A stretch of DNA of 64,000 nt, taken from the NCBI RefSeq assembly GCF_009914755.1, contig NC_060944.1, one strand, 5' to 3'. Both the position numbers and the translations under genes were made by a program. Under the pieces are notes generated by a model. That model saw only the letters and a program-made list of their open reading frames with translations. It did not search any database and was not told the origin of the DNA. The stretch's first letter is position 1. Every line of letters starts with the position of its first letter. This DNA comes from the human T2T-CHM13v2.0 reference genome, Homo sapiens. Of the stretch, positions 29,071 through 41,956 are shown in pieces.

Positions 29071-29771
29071 GTCACTCACACTTGCATCTCACTCTCTCAC
29101 TTGCATTCTGCCAAGCCGTCCTGAGTGGAAGAGGAAGGGATGAGCCATGCTGGGTGTGTCAGAGATTGCCCCTTATCCTGGCAACAATGATAACAGCAGC
29201 TGCCCCAGATGGCGACTCCCTCTGTTCCCAGCACTGCACATGGTGCTCCACAGCTTAGCACCTCTGATCTCCGCCATCCCATGTTGTCTTCTGTGGCTGG
29301 GCTTCCTGGCCGTGTGCAGAATCACCCAGGGCAACAAATGGTGTGGGGAAAATGGGGATATCCCCATGCAATGGAATGAAGTTGGTTCCTTATCTTACAC
29401 ACCACATGCAAAGACCTAAAATAAGACTACAACTGTCAAACTCTCAGAAAAAATTTGGGGAAAAGCTTTATGATTTCCCCCTATTGCCAAAGATTCCTCG
29501 AATATAATACCAAAACACAGGCAACAAAAGAAAAAACAGACAACTCGGTCTTCAACAAAATACAAAACTTCTGTGTATTGAAGGACACAATCAACAGGGT
29601 GCAAAGACAACCTATGGAATGGAAGAAAATATTTGCAAATCGTATATCTTATTAGGGATTAATATCCAGAATATATAAAGAATTCTTACAACTCAATAAC
29701 AACAACAACAACAAAAACCCCAATTTAAAAATAGGCAAAGTACTTGAGTAGACATTTCTCCAAAGAAAATA

Positions 29772-30075
29772 CAGTAGTCCCCCCTTATCACAGCAATATC
29801 ACTTTCCAAGGTTTTAGTTACCTGCAGTCAGCTGTGGTCCAAAAGTATTACATACTATAAGATATTTTGAGAAAGAGAGACCACTTTCACATAGCTTTTA
29901 TTATAGTATTTTGTTGTAATTATTCTATTTTATTATTAGTTTTTGTTGTTAATCTCTTACCGTGCCTAATTTATAAATTAAACTTTATCATAGGTATGTA
30001 TGTGTAGGAAAAAACATATAATATACAGGGTTTGGTACTATCCGAGGTTTAGGCATCCTGATAAGGGGGTGCTAG
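29772..30075. mobile_element. MER44A-type Tigger MITE
   Basis: Termini cagtagtcccccttatc / gataagggggtgctag, flanked by TA. Confidence 0.8.
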
Positions 30076-30236
30076 TATATACAAATGGCCAAAAAACACA
30101 TGAAAAGATGCTCAGCGTCACTAAACATCAGGGAAATGCAAACCAAGACTGCAATGAGATACCACCTCATGCCCATTTGGATAGCTACTAAAAAAAAAAA
30201 CGTAAACAAAAAAATAGCAAGCATTGACAAGGATGT

Positions 30237-30627
30237 TGATATAGTGGCTATTTGTCCCCTCCAAATCTCATGTTGAAATGTGATCCCCAATGTTGGAAGA
30301 GGGGCCTGCCTAGTGGGAGGTCTTTGGGTCATGGGGGTGGATCCCTCACGGATGGCTTGATGCCCTCCTTACGGTAATGAGTTCTTGTGAGATCTGCTTG
30401 TTTAAAAAGGCCTGGCTTCTCTCTTGCTCCCTCTCTCTTCATGTGACACACGTGCTTCCCTTTGCCTTCTGCATGACTGTAAGCTTCTTGAGGCCCCATC
30501 AGAAGCAGATGCCAGCACTATGCTTCTGGTACAGTCTGCAGAACTGTGAGCCAAAATAAAACTCTCTTCTTTATAAATTACCCAGCTTCAGGTTTTTCTC
30601 TATAGCAATGCAAAATGGACTAATACA
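30237..30627 (+). mobile_element. MST (MaLR) solo LTR
   Basis: tgatatagt...ccaaatctcatgttgaaatgtgatcccc...gcagaactgtgagccaaaataaa...ggactaataca. Confidence 0.88.
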
Positions 30628-32424
30628 GATAGGAAGAAATTGGAACCCTTGTACACCATTGGTGGGAATGTAAAATGGTAACAGTCACTATGAAAAACAG
30701 AGCAGCAGTTCTTCAAAAAATTCAAAATAGAATTACCATATGATTCAGCAATTCCACTTCTGAGTATATACCCAAAAGAATTGTTAAAAATCTAGTTGGT
30801 TTCTGCTTATCCATGCCCAGAAGAATTGAAAGCATGAACTCTAAGAGATATCTGTACCCCATGTGAATAGCAGCATTATTCACAATAGCCAAGAGGCTGA
30901 AGCAACCAAGTGTCTTTTGATGGAGGAATGGATAAACAAAATGTAGTGTATACATACAATGGAAAATTATTCAGTCTTTAAAAGGAAGGAAATTCTGACA
31001 CATTACAACATGGACGAAGCTGAAGGACAGCATGATAAGTGAAATAAGCCAGTCACAAAAGGACAAATACTGTATGATTCCACTTATATGAGGTACCTAG
31101 AACAGTTGAGTTCAAAGGGACAGAAAGTAGGAAGGGGGTTGCCAGGGCCTAGGAGGTGGGCCCAGGAGAATTTAATGGGCACAGAGTTTCAGTTTTGCAA
31201 AATGAAAAAGTTCTGGAGATTGGTTGGACAACAATGTGAATATACTTTACTGAACTATACATTTTAAAACGGTTAAGATGGAAAATTTCATATTATGTGT
31301 ATTTTACCAGAACTAAAAAGAAACCACTTAGGGGGTGAGTTTCAACTGTGGGGCCTAGGCATGAGTATTTTGCAAAGCCCAGGTGATCCTTATGTGCAGG
31401 CAGCATGGAGAAGCGCTACTCTGTGAGGTGTGCCCCAGGTATTACCCCCACCTCCCAGTCTCAGAGAGGTGAGGCGCCTTGGGGGCTCATATAGCCAGGA
31501 AGCAGAGGAGGTGGGATTTGAATCCAGGCCTGTACCCAGGTCCACAGAAGTGTGTCTCACATGGCAACATTACATCTTATTTGTTATTTATGTCATCAGA
31601 GAAAACATTTAAGGAGCATTGGCGCCCTGGATATTAACATGAGAATTCTAGCTCCCACCCCACCCACTCCCGATACGGGGGCTGAGAGATTCCTCCCATT
31701 TCTGGCCCCACCTAGTCATGCCCACTCCTGCTGGAGACACCAAAATCAAGTTGATTTCACCTCAGGGAGAAGGTAGGACCTTATGCATTTAGTTTATCTA
31801 TTAAAATAATGCTTAATGCTAAATCTGTCTCTCCCATAGTCCCATCCAGGAGCCTTTGGGGGTAAAGTCGTCCTAGATCCAGAGCTAAGAACACTCCTAA
31901 GTCATAGGGTGATTCTGGACAAATCTCTCTCCTCTCAGCACTGCCCCAGCATGAGAAGGGAATACTGGGATCTTGCTTCTCACTTTCTGAAGGTCACTCA
32001 TACAACTCAGAGATCAAAGTCATGGGCTGGGCAGTCAGGGAGTCCTGGGTGGGATCTGTCCCAGCCTTCCATTCACTGTGTGACCCTGGGCCAGACACTT
32101 CCCCTCTCTGAGCCTCAGTTTCCACGGCTGTAAGATGAGGGTAGTTATCCCTCCCTTATGGGGGGGCTGTGAAAATCAGATGTGATGGGGCATTTAATGC
32201 CCTTTGCACTATGCCAGGCAAGCACATTGTAAGCACTCAGTGTTAGCTGTTGCTGCCACCACTGTGGTTTTCATTTTATCTAAGAGACAGAGATGAGGCT
32301 GACTGTGCCCTGCCAGACCTAGAATTTCTTCTTTTACGACAACCTCCTAGAGGTTCTCTCTATCGGGGGTGGGCTGTCTATAATACAACACCAGGTCATT
32401 CTGAATAAATGATATGTCCTACAG

Positions 32425-32770
32425 AGCTTTGGTTGGTTTCCCCAGAATCTCAGATCCTAAGACAAGGTTCTGAGTACAAGTGGCTTATATGATAAGTGAT
32501 CCCAGAAAACTCTGGAAGAGGGGAGGGAACATGAGACAGGGATAGGAAAGAGGTCAAACAGGGTCTGTTATCAAACAAGTAATTGCTGTGAGCAACTGAA
32601 GCTGCCCTGGGGACCAGTGTAGAACACACACCTCTGAGTTATACCCCCAGCCAGGGGAGAAGCACGTACACATCGTCCCCATCAGCCGGCAGGTGAGTAT
32701 CCCACTAGTTCCTGCTGGGGTGTTAGTGCCCTGCCTTTACTGGACTCCAGTGGCCAGAGAAAGCCTCTAA
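32425..32770 (-). mobile_element. Old ERVL-type LTR fragment (LTR33-like)
   Basis: ttccccagaa..cagatcctaagacaaggttctgagtacaagtggcttat...gtgatcccagaaa. Confidence 0.55.
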
Positions 32771-34247
32771 CCTTACAATGAGCAGGTATCATTTGATGAG
32801 AGCAGTTTTTTGAAAAGGAGCTTATTTATCTTGCAGGATTGTCAGGAGGATTACATGAGAGGACAGTAAAAAAGAAAAAAAACAACAACAGCAAAACCCA
32901 ACAGTTATTGAGAGCTTTCTACATACCAGGTCCTAGTCTAAGTGCTTTGCATACATTAATGCATGTAACTCAATCCAATGAGGCAGGCACAGTGATTGGC
33001 CCAAAATTGCTGTTGGCTGAAGGAACCAGGGCACAGAGGGCTGCAATAGTTGACCCCAAATCACATGGTTAGTGAGTAGAGAAGCCAAACTCTGAACTTG
33101 GGCAATCCAGTGCTAAGGTCAAGTGCTTCCCATCCTGATGACATTATCAAGTACAGGAAGTACACAAAGTGCTGGGTATGGAGTTGGTGCCTAACGCATG
33201 CTTGTTCTCTTCTAGTTAGTTAAGCTTTGGCCAACCCATTCATTTGACCATCTCTTTTTCTTCCTAGCATTTCACATTCACACAGCAAGTCGGTGAAAGA
33301 TCAGGGGCCATGCCCAGGCCTTTCTGGCCCCGCCACCCGTACCCGCTGAGGCTCAGGGATCTTTCTGTTACTCCAGGATGTTTGACCAGGATCATCTCTT
33401 AGCAGCTGGTCTCTCAGGGGATTTGAAAGGCTATGATGGGCTGTGTGATCCTCAGCAGGTCACTGGAGCATCCTGGGTCTCTGGGTTTCTTTATCCTGTG
33501 GGGATGTGGGATTTCTCAGGCACAGCTTCAACTCTGATCATGTGCTATCATCCTTCATCCTTCAGACAACCCTGTGGAGTAGGTTTTATTATCGCCCTCA
33601 CTTACAGATTAGGAAATGGAAGTGATGAGAGGTGAAGCAAATTGGCCAAAGTCCACAGCTAGGACAAGGCTGGGCTGCGATTCGAAGCCAGGTCTGTGTG
33701 ACCCCACAATCAGGATTCAGAATTGCTGGCATATTATCTGCCAGGATAAAAACAGGCATCTGGTTTGACCAAGCTGGGGCCAGCAAGAGCCTAAGTCGAT
33801 GACTCATCACACTGAAGGGGCCCCATAGATTCTGAGTTGGTTCCCGCATTTCTTTTGATGATAATACACAGATCCTTGTGGCTCAGGTCAAGGAAGCTGG
33901 AACCTCATTACACTAGAGACGTGTAGCTGGAGCAGAGGAATTCCGTGAAAACACTAACAATCGTTGCTGCCACTTACTGAATGCTTCCCATGAGTCAGGC
34001 GCTGGGCTAGGCTCTTTACATTAGGGGCATCTCCTAACAGCTCTTCATGGTTGCCTCTGTTATAATTCTCATTTCCTAGATAAGGAAAGTGACACTCAGA
34101 GAAGGAAAGGGGCTTGCCCAAGGTCATATTCATGGTAAGCAATGGAGACAAGAAATCAACCGCATCTGTTGGACTCCAGAGCTGATTCTTAATCAAGTCT
34201 GTGATGGGAAAAATATTGACCACTGTTCCTAAAGAAAGGCCACTCTA

Positions 34248-34568
<321 letters not shown>

Positions 34569-35097
34569 GGCCACTCCCACTTTTGAATACAATAATACTT
34601 CATACTTATAAAGTACTTTCCATTTACAAATTACATTCACATCTGAAATCTCATTGAATCATCAAAAGAGCCCTGAAAGGGAGCTATGACTATTATCACC
34701 ATCAGGCAGATGAATTCACTGGACCTGAGAGCTAAAATGATCCACCCAAGGTCCCAGGATTTAGAAACATAGGCTTGGGAACCAGACAAACTTGGGTTCA
34801 AACCTTGGCTCTGCAATTTTCATTCCTTTGATAAATATTTACTGAGAACCTAGCTGTGTGGGCTCAGGCAAGTGACTTCGCCTCTCAGAGCCTCCATTTC
34901 CTGTTCTGTAAAAGAGTCTTCATACCACTTATCAGATCCATTCCCTCTCTCATCTGAAAATGCCAGACACTTGCTTTCTCAGGTTCCCTCAGAGCTAGAG
35001 CATGAGCATGTGACCTGTCCTGGCCAATGGGATTTTAAAAGAAGTCTGCTAGGGTGCTCCTGGGAAAGGGTTTCCTCTCAGAAAAAAAAAGAAAGTG

Positions 35098-35430
<333 letters not shown>

Positions 35431-36696
35431 TCACGGATTAAACATCACTGAATGTACGTCTGAGGGCTGGAACTGGGCAGCCATCTTGTGATATGAAGCA
35501 TCAAGCATGAGGACCAAGCCACTTGCAGGGGTTGGGGAGCAGAGGAGCAGAGAGATGAAAAGAATCTAGAATCCTGGTGGCATCATTGAGCCATTAACTC
35601 AACCTAAAACCAACTGCCTTGGAACTTCATATTATATTCAATGATGCATCTTCCTCCTTATTGAAGCTACTTTGAGTTTTCTATTCTGCTGCTTGCAGCC
35701 CAAAGCATCCCTAACTGGCATACTACCTGGTTGTATCCCTGTTGGAGGAATTTCAATGAGATAGCAGATATGAAGCACCACTAATCAGTGCTGGGCACAA
35801 CAAACATAAGCTACCCTGGAAATTAGGAAGTTATCTCAGGGCTTTAATCCTGAGACTATCCCAGGGATCACAGACACTCCTGGGCTGGCAAATCAGTTCC
35901 CTGTCTCTCCTACTGAGAAAAGCCTGTCGAGTTTTCCGAGAAAGCCAAAGCCCCGTGGTAGCCCCAGCACCGCAACCCTGTCACACCAATGGGGCTGTCC
36001 CCATCTTCTAAACAAGAATCAATCACACTGCCTTTTGCCTAATGGGTTTTGATTTTCGCTCCCCTGATGGCAAAGCCTAGGGCCTGTGCTTTGGTTTGTC
36101 TCCGAGTTGCCAGAACATCCCATCAATTATTAACAGTGTCAGCTCAGTCTCCCTGGCCCTGCTGCTCTCAGAAGGAAAGGGTTTGCAGCAACTCGGCCCA
36201 CCCAGCCCTAGAAAAAAGACTCTTTTCCTTAGCATTTATAACAACAATCCCCACCTGCTATGTGCTAGGCTTTGAGCAAAATTTTGACAAATGTGATTTA
36301 ATGAAGACCCTGTAAGGTGAGCCTTTTATCTCCATTTTACAGGTGGAAGGTTGGGACTTGGAAAGTTGGAGAAATTAGCTAAAAGCTATGGAAGTGGGGA
36401 GTGGCACAGAACCAGATCCATCCTTGCTCTTCAGCATATGAGATATGGCCACTTTTGTATCTTACAATCACCTAGAAATGATCCTCCATTTGGTCCTGTC
36501 ACTCTGTGAGTTCTAAGCAATTTCCACAGGCTTTGCTTGTTTTGACAAGCAAGGCATCCAAGCTGGGGGGATGGGTGGGGATGGGATGGGCAAGGTGCAG
36601 ATGACTCAAAGGAGGCCAGAGGCACAGGGACCTGGGTTGCAGGTGGGCAGTGAGAAGGGGTGACAGGTCCCCAAACCCTGAGACACAGTGACTGAC

Positions 36697-37410
36697 TGCT
36701 TGCTTGCTTGCTTGATTCATTCATTCGTTCATTCATTCATTCGTTCATTCATTCATTTATTCATTCCACATGCTCCTCAGTGCCAGGCACCATCATGGGT
36801 GCTGGGAATCAAGCAGTGAATCAACTCATGGTACTCACATTCTTGTGGGTGTGAAACAGAGACACACAAAGAAGGAAATATAATTTCAGATGGCGTTTAA
36901 GGCCTCTGCAGGAAAGGCATTGCATGATGCAACAGAGAGTGAGGGGAGGGAAACTGTTTAGAACAGCGGTCAAGGAAGGTCTGTATGAGGAGGGGACATG
37001 TGAGCAGGGACCTGCTCAAATGAGGAAGGGGGAGAAGGGGCTGGCCAAGGGGGAATCTGGGGAAGAGCATTCCAGGCAGCGGAAACAGCAAGTGCAAGGG
37101 TCCTGAGGTCAGATAAACTCTGGCCTGTTTATGGAACAGCAAGGCCAGTGGGGCTGGAGCCAAGTGAACCAGAGGAGATCAAAAGAGATGAGCCCAGAGA
37201 GGTCATGGGGGCCAGATTCTGCCTGGGCCTTGTATGCCAGGATGAAAAGTCTGAATTTTATTTTGAGTGTGATGGGAAACTTCTGGAGGATTTTAAGCAG
37301 ATGAATAATGTGATCCAATTTACATTTTGAAAAGCTCACTTTGGCTGCTATGTGGGGAATGGATTGCAGGGGCAAAAGTGGAAGCCGGGAGACTGGGGAG
37401 GAGGCTGCGG
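36697..37410 (-). mobile_element. L2 with expanded (TGCT)n/(TTCA)n tail
   Basis: (ttca)n tail, then gagcattccaggcagcggaaacagcaagtgcaagggtcctgagg. Confidence 0.8.
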
Positions 37411-39388
37411 CACTTGATCATTATAGAAAGAACACTCGGTTTGGATTTCTGGCTACTCCTGACTGCCTGTGGTGTGACCTTAGGCAAGTTACTTAACCTC
37501 TTTCAGCCTCACTGTTTGCGAAAGGTGGGATAATAACAGAGCTGCGTTGTTACACTCCATACACAGTAGGTGTTTGATCATTGGCAGCCAGGATTTCTAT
37601 TCTGAGGGCCAGTGAGCCTGCCTCCCTCCCCATTTCAGCTCTGGCTACAGAAAATCCTAGATGGTCCATCTGCCAGGAATGTGAGCTGGCAGCCCCAGAC
37701 TGGGATCATGGAGAGGTCACAAGGCTGTCCCTGCTAGCGGATTAACCCAAGGGAGAGGAGAGGTTCTTTATTCCCAAACAGCACCTCTTGCAAGCCCCGG
37801 TGCTTGGGTCTTGCTGCCAGACCAAAACATGGCCCTGTGCCTGCTTCTTCTCTGGGAGGGCAAATTGTCCAGTTCCCTGTACCTTGTTCTCATGTCTTAG
37901 GGATGGGACAGGGAGGGAGAGTCACATTTGGGCCTAAATGGGATGTGCAGTGGGAGAACCTGTGTCATGCCTGGAAATAGCAAAATAAGTCTGTTGATCC
38001 TAAGCTGATTAAGGGTGAGTGACTCTGTCTTAGGAGGAGGCTTTTTGGACACAAAATTGGGGGCGGGATTATGGAGAGAGACAGCCCACAGCCTCAGAGG
38101 AGGAAGCCAGGCCCAGGAGCCTCTACATCCTTGTTAGGGCCAACAGGGAAACGAAAAAAACACGTGGGGGCTCCCTCCACCCTCTTACCAGCCACCCCTT
38201 CTCCATCCACTCTCAGGGGCCTCTCCTTGGGTGGCTAGATCTGGAGGAAGGACCCCACGGAGTCTCCCTTCAGACTGGGACCTGCAGGTGGGCCTTCAGT
38301 GAGAACTGAGCCGGAGACCCCACAATGAAAGGCTGGGCTGGACAGGAGTCAGCCCTAGCTAGTAAGATATGGCTGGATATTTAGGCTTCCTCCTCTCCTC
38401 TTTCTTTTACCACAAATCTACTTACCTGACCCCTTTTTTTAGGCCCCACACTCAGTTACATTCTCCCCATGTTTCCCAAGTTGGTCTTGCTGGATTTCAA
38501 CATCAACATCTCTCTTTTCTGGGTTCTCCGTGAACCTCACAGAACCTCTTTTATAGCCTTGCACACACTGTTTTGTCATTTGCTCCCAGCACCCAGCACT
38601 TCGGGCACATGAAGACAGGCCCCATCTTTCCCAGGCAACCCCAAATCCCAGCCTGACGTAGAGAAGTTGCTGATCAACCAGTGCCCTCCTGCCCTGCCTT
38701 GGCTCCCACCCCAAGCCTTCCTCAGTCCCCTACAGCCCCTGCCATTACCCAGCAGCACCAAAGACTCTCTGGCCCACTCTTTGTGTTCAAACTCATTCCT
38801 GCCTCCTCCTCCTCCTCCTCCTTTATTTTTCACATTGCCTCATTTTTCTCTCCTATTTTGAAATTTACATCTTGTTCCAAGAGCTGAAACATCTTTACAA
38901 GCTGCACCAAACCATTCTGGAAATAAACTCACCAAATAAATAAGTAACCAGGGGGTGACCCCTCACCCGCAAGCATCCACAACCAACTGCATGTGTCGTG
39001 TGGGTCCACACCCACCCCTCGGGGTCCCTTCTTACTTATGTTTAAACTATCTGACAGTATCTCAATGTCCTGTAAGCATGTCTGTAAGCTGCTTTTTTCC
39101 CTTGCTGGGGCAGAGTGAGGTTATAAATATGGAGATATTAAAATCACAGGGTGATCCAATCCAGCCTAGGTCTGGGACTTCACAGGGAAGCAAACCCTAC
39201 TCCACCCCAGCAAGCCACTGTTGTCTCTCTGTGCTCTCTCTCTTATTCGTCAGTGTCCATCTTCTTGCTGTGGCTTTTTATGGGTCCCTGTGAAACCTCT
39301 CCAACCAAGTAGGGGTATAACGTCTTGGATAATAAAAAGATGGAGTGACCAGTGCCACATGGGAAAAGTCTGAGGGGGTTGGTCCTCA

Positions 39389-40290
<902 letters not shown>

Positions 40291-40407
40291 GGGTCAGCAA
40301 ACGGGGAGCTGGGCATGCTGTCCCCCCGCCCCCCACCTCTCCACCAGGCTCCCAGCCGGCCTTGACCTTCCCCCGCGCTTAAGCGGCTCAGTGGGGTAGG
40401 ACGGATG

Positions 40408-40434
40408 GTCGCTGTCCCTCCCGCCGGTGCTGAA
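40408..40434 (-). promoter_or_regulatory. Non-canonical RE1/NRSE (REST site), 8-nt spacer
   Basis: Minus strand TTCAGCACC-GGCGGGAG-GGACAGCGAC, versus canonical TTCAGCACC-NN-GGACAGCGCC. Confidence 0.65.
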
Positions 40435-40564
40435 GTCCGCCGCACCCCATGGATGGAGGGAGGGGCCGCCCCTCGGGGCGGGGAGAGGGCCCCAAGAGAT
40501 GCCCCTGGAGCCCGGGAGGCCCCACCCTGGGCTTCTGCGGCCCAGGCGCGACCCAGCCGCCCGG

Positions 40565-40592
40565 GGCGCTGTCCGCCCCTTAGAGTGCTGAA
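40565..40592 (-). promoter_or_regulatory. Non-canonical RE1/NRSE (REST site), 9-nt spacer
   Basis: Minus strand TTCAGCACT-CTAAGGGGC-GGACAGCGCC, with a perfect right half-site. Confidence 0.6.
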
Positions 40593-41059
40593 ACTCTCTT
40601 CATTATGGGTCTCCCGATCGAGTCCCGAACCTGGCCCCGCCATGGGGAGAGAGGGGGAGCTGCATGAAAACTTTCTTTCTTTATCTTTTTCTTTCTTTCT
40701 TCTTCTTCTTTCCTTCTTTTTTTTTTTTTTAACGAGTTCTCTTCTTTTCCTTCCCCTTCTCGAGATAATCAAGATTTTGGGGGTGGGGGAATGGCAGCGG
40801 GCTTTTTTCCAAATCTTAAAAGATTTGGGGGAATTCCGGGGGTTCCAGGTGCCCACCTGTCCGAGGTCACAACAGACGGGGTGTGCACAACAGCCCCTCT
40901 GTCCTGGAGCGACCCCTCTTCCCAAACACTGGAGCATCTCCTGAGATTGCTCCAGCGACAAGGTGAGCCGCGAGGAGGAAAAGCCCGCTCTCGCCTCTCC
41001 CTCTGAGCCCCCAACCCTACCGCAGGAGGGGCGGGCAGAGTCCTCGGGATCCGCCTGCT

Positions 41060-41189
41060 CCGTCCTCCCCTCGCTCCTTCCCCGCCCCCTTCTCCTCCTT
41101 CTCCTCCCCCTCCTCTTCCTTCTCCCCCTCCTCCTCCTCTTCCTCCTCCTCCTCCTCCTCCTCCTACTCCTCCTCCTCGTTCCTCTCCC
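41060..41189. repeat. Polypyrimidine (CCT/CTT)-rich tract
   Basis: About 100 bp almost free of purines on the plus strand. Confidence 0.9.
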
Positions 41190-41196
41190 GCGATGG

Positions 41197-41205
41197 CTTT
41201 TTATA
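41197..41205 (-). promoter_or_regulatory. Candidate TATA box (TATAAAAAG) pointing toward KCNB1
   Basis: Plus strand ctttttata at 41197-41205, an isolated AT box inside GC-rich DNA. Confidence 0.4.
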
Positions 41206-41557
41206 ACTCCGGGTTCTGCGCCTTTCCCCGGGCTTGGAAGGGAAGGGGTGGGGGAGGTGGGAGGCGGGGAAATGAGCTAAATTTTCTGGCCTTTTCAAAA
41301 GGTGCCATCCTCCTACCGCGCACTAGTGATTTCGGGGGGTTCCCCTGAGCACCCCCTGCATGTAGGGCTCACGCCTTAGCCCCAGAATGGGGATTGCGCG
41401 TCCCCTCAGGCCTCAGCCCTTGCCTGCCTCCCACCCCGCTCCCCTCCAGCCTGGAGCTGCGGAGCCCGAGCAGACCAACAGGCCGAGCTGCGGCAGGCAA
41501 ACCCCCTGTCCGTGTCCCCATGCACCCCCACGGAAGGCCGTACGCCCCAACACTCAC

Positions 41558-41910
41558 CCCCAGGGCGGCCGCCTCCTGGGGCCAGGGACCGCGCATCGTC
41601 CCGGCCGCCCGGGCGCCCCCGCCCGTGGGCAGCGGCGGTCCCGGGGCCGGGCTGAGCCGGGCCTACCCCGGCCGGGCAGGCAACTCGCCCGGGCTGCAGG
41701 CGCCGCGGGGCCGGGGCGCGCTCTCCGAGGCGGGGGGCGCCGGCGGGCGCCGGGGGCGCGGGGGCAGGACCGCGGCCGCGCGGCACCTCCTCCACCTCCT
41801 CCTCCTCCTGCTCCCGCGGCGGCGGCGGCGGCGGCTGCCTGGGCGAGATCAACAAGTCGGGGCTGAGCTTCGGCTCCGCGCTCGCTGCTATTCTGTCCCG
41901 CACTTCGGAG
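41558..41910 (-). other. KCNB1: Putative upstream non-coding first exon of KCNB1 (5' end approximate)
   Basis: GG|GTGAGT donor at 41557-41552 at the proximal edge of the distal CpG block. Matching acceptors lie in front of the coding exon. Confidence 0.55.
41785..41835. repeat. (CCT)n plus (GCG)6 compound triplet repeat
   Basis: cctcctccacctcctcctcctcctg...gcggcggcggcggcggcggc. Confidence 0.9.
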
Positions 41911-41937
41911 CGCCCGGAGCCGGGCACCAAGGCAGGA

Positions 41938-41956
41938 CGGCGCCACCTGCGGGTCG
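41938..41956 (-). promoter_or_regulatory. Candidate CTCF site
   Basis: Minus strand CGACCCGCAGGTGGCGCCG resembles the CCASYAGRKGGCRC core with 1 mismatch. Confidence 0.4.

Larger units (their letters stand above)
29330..31322 (+). mobile_element. L1M (L1MB-like) ORF2 end and 3'UTR, interrupted by MER44A and an MST LTR
   Basis: aaaacttctgtg..aaggacacaatcaacag, gagataccacctca, cagcaattccacttctg, gaaataagccagtcacaaaaggacaaatactgtatgattccactt. Confidence 0.85.
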
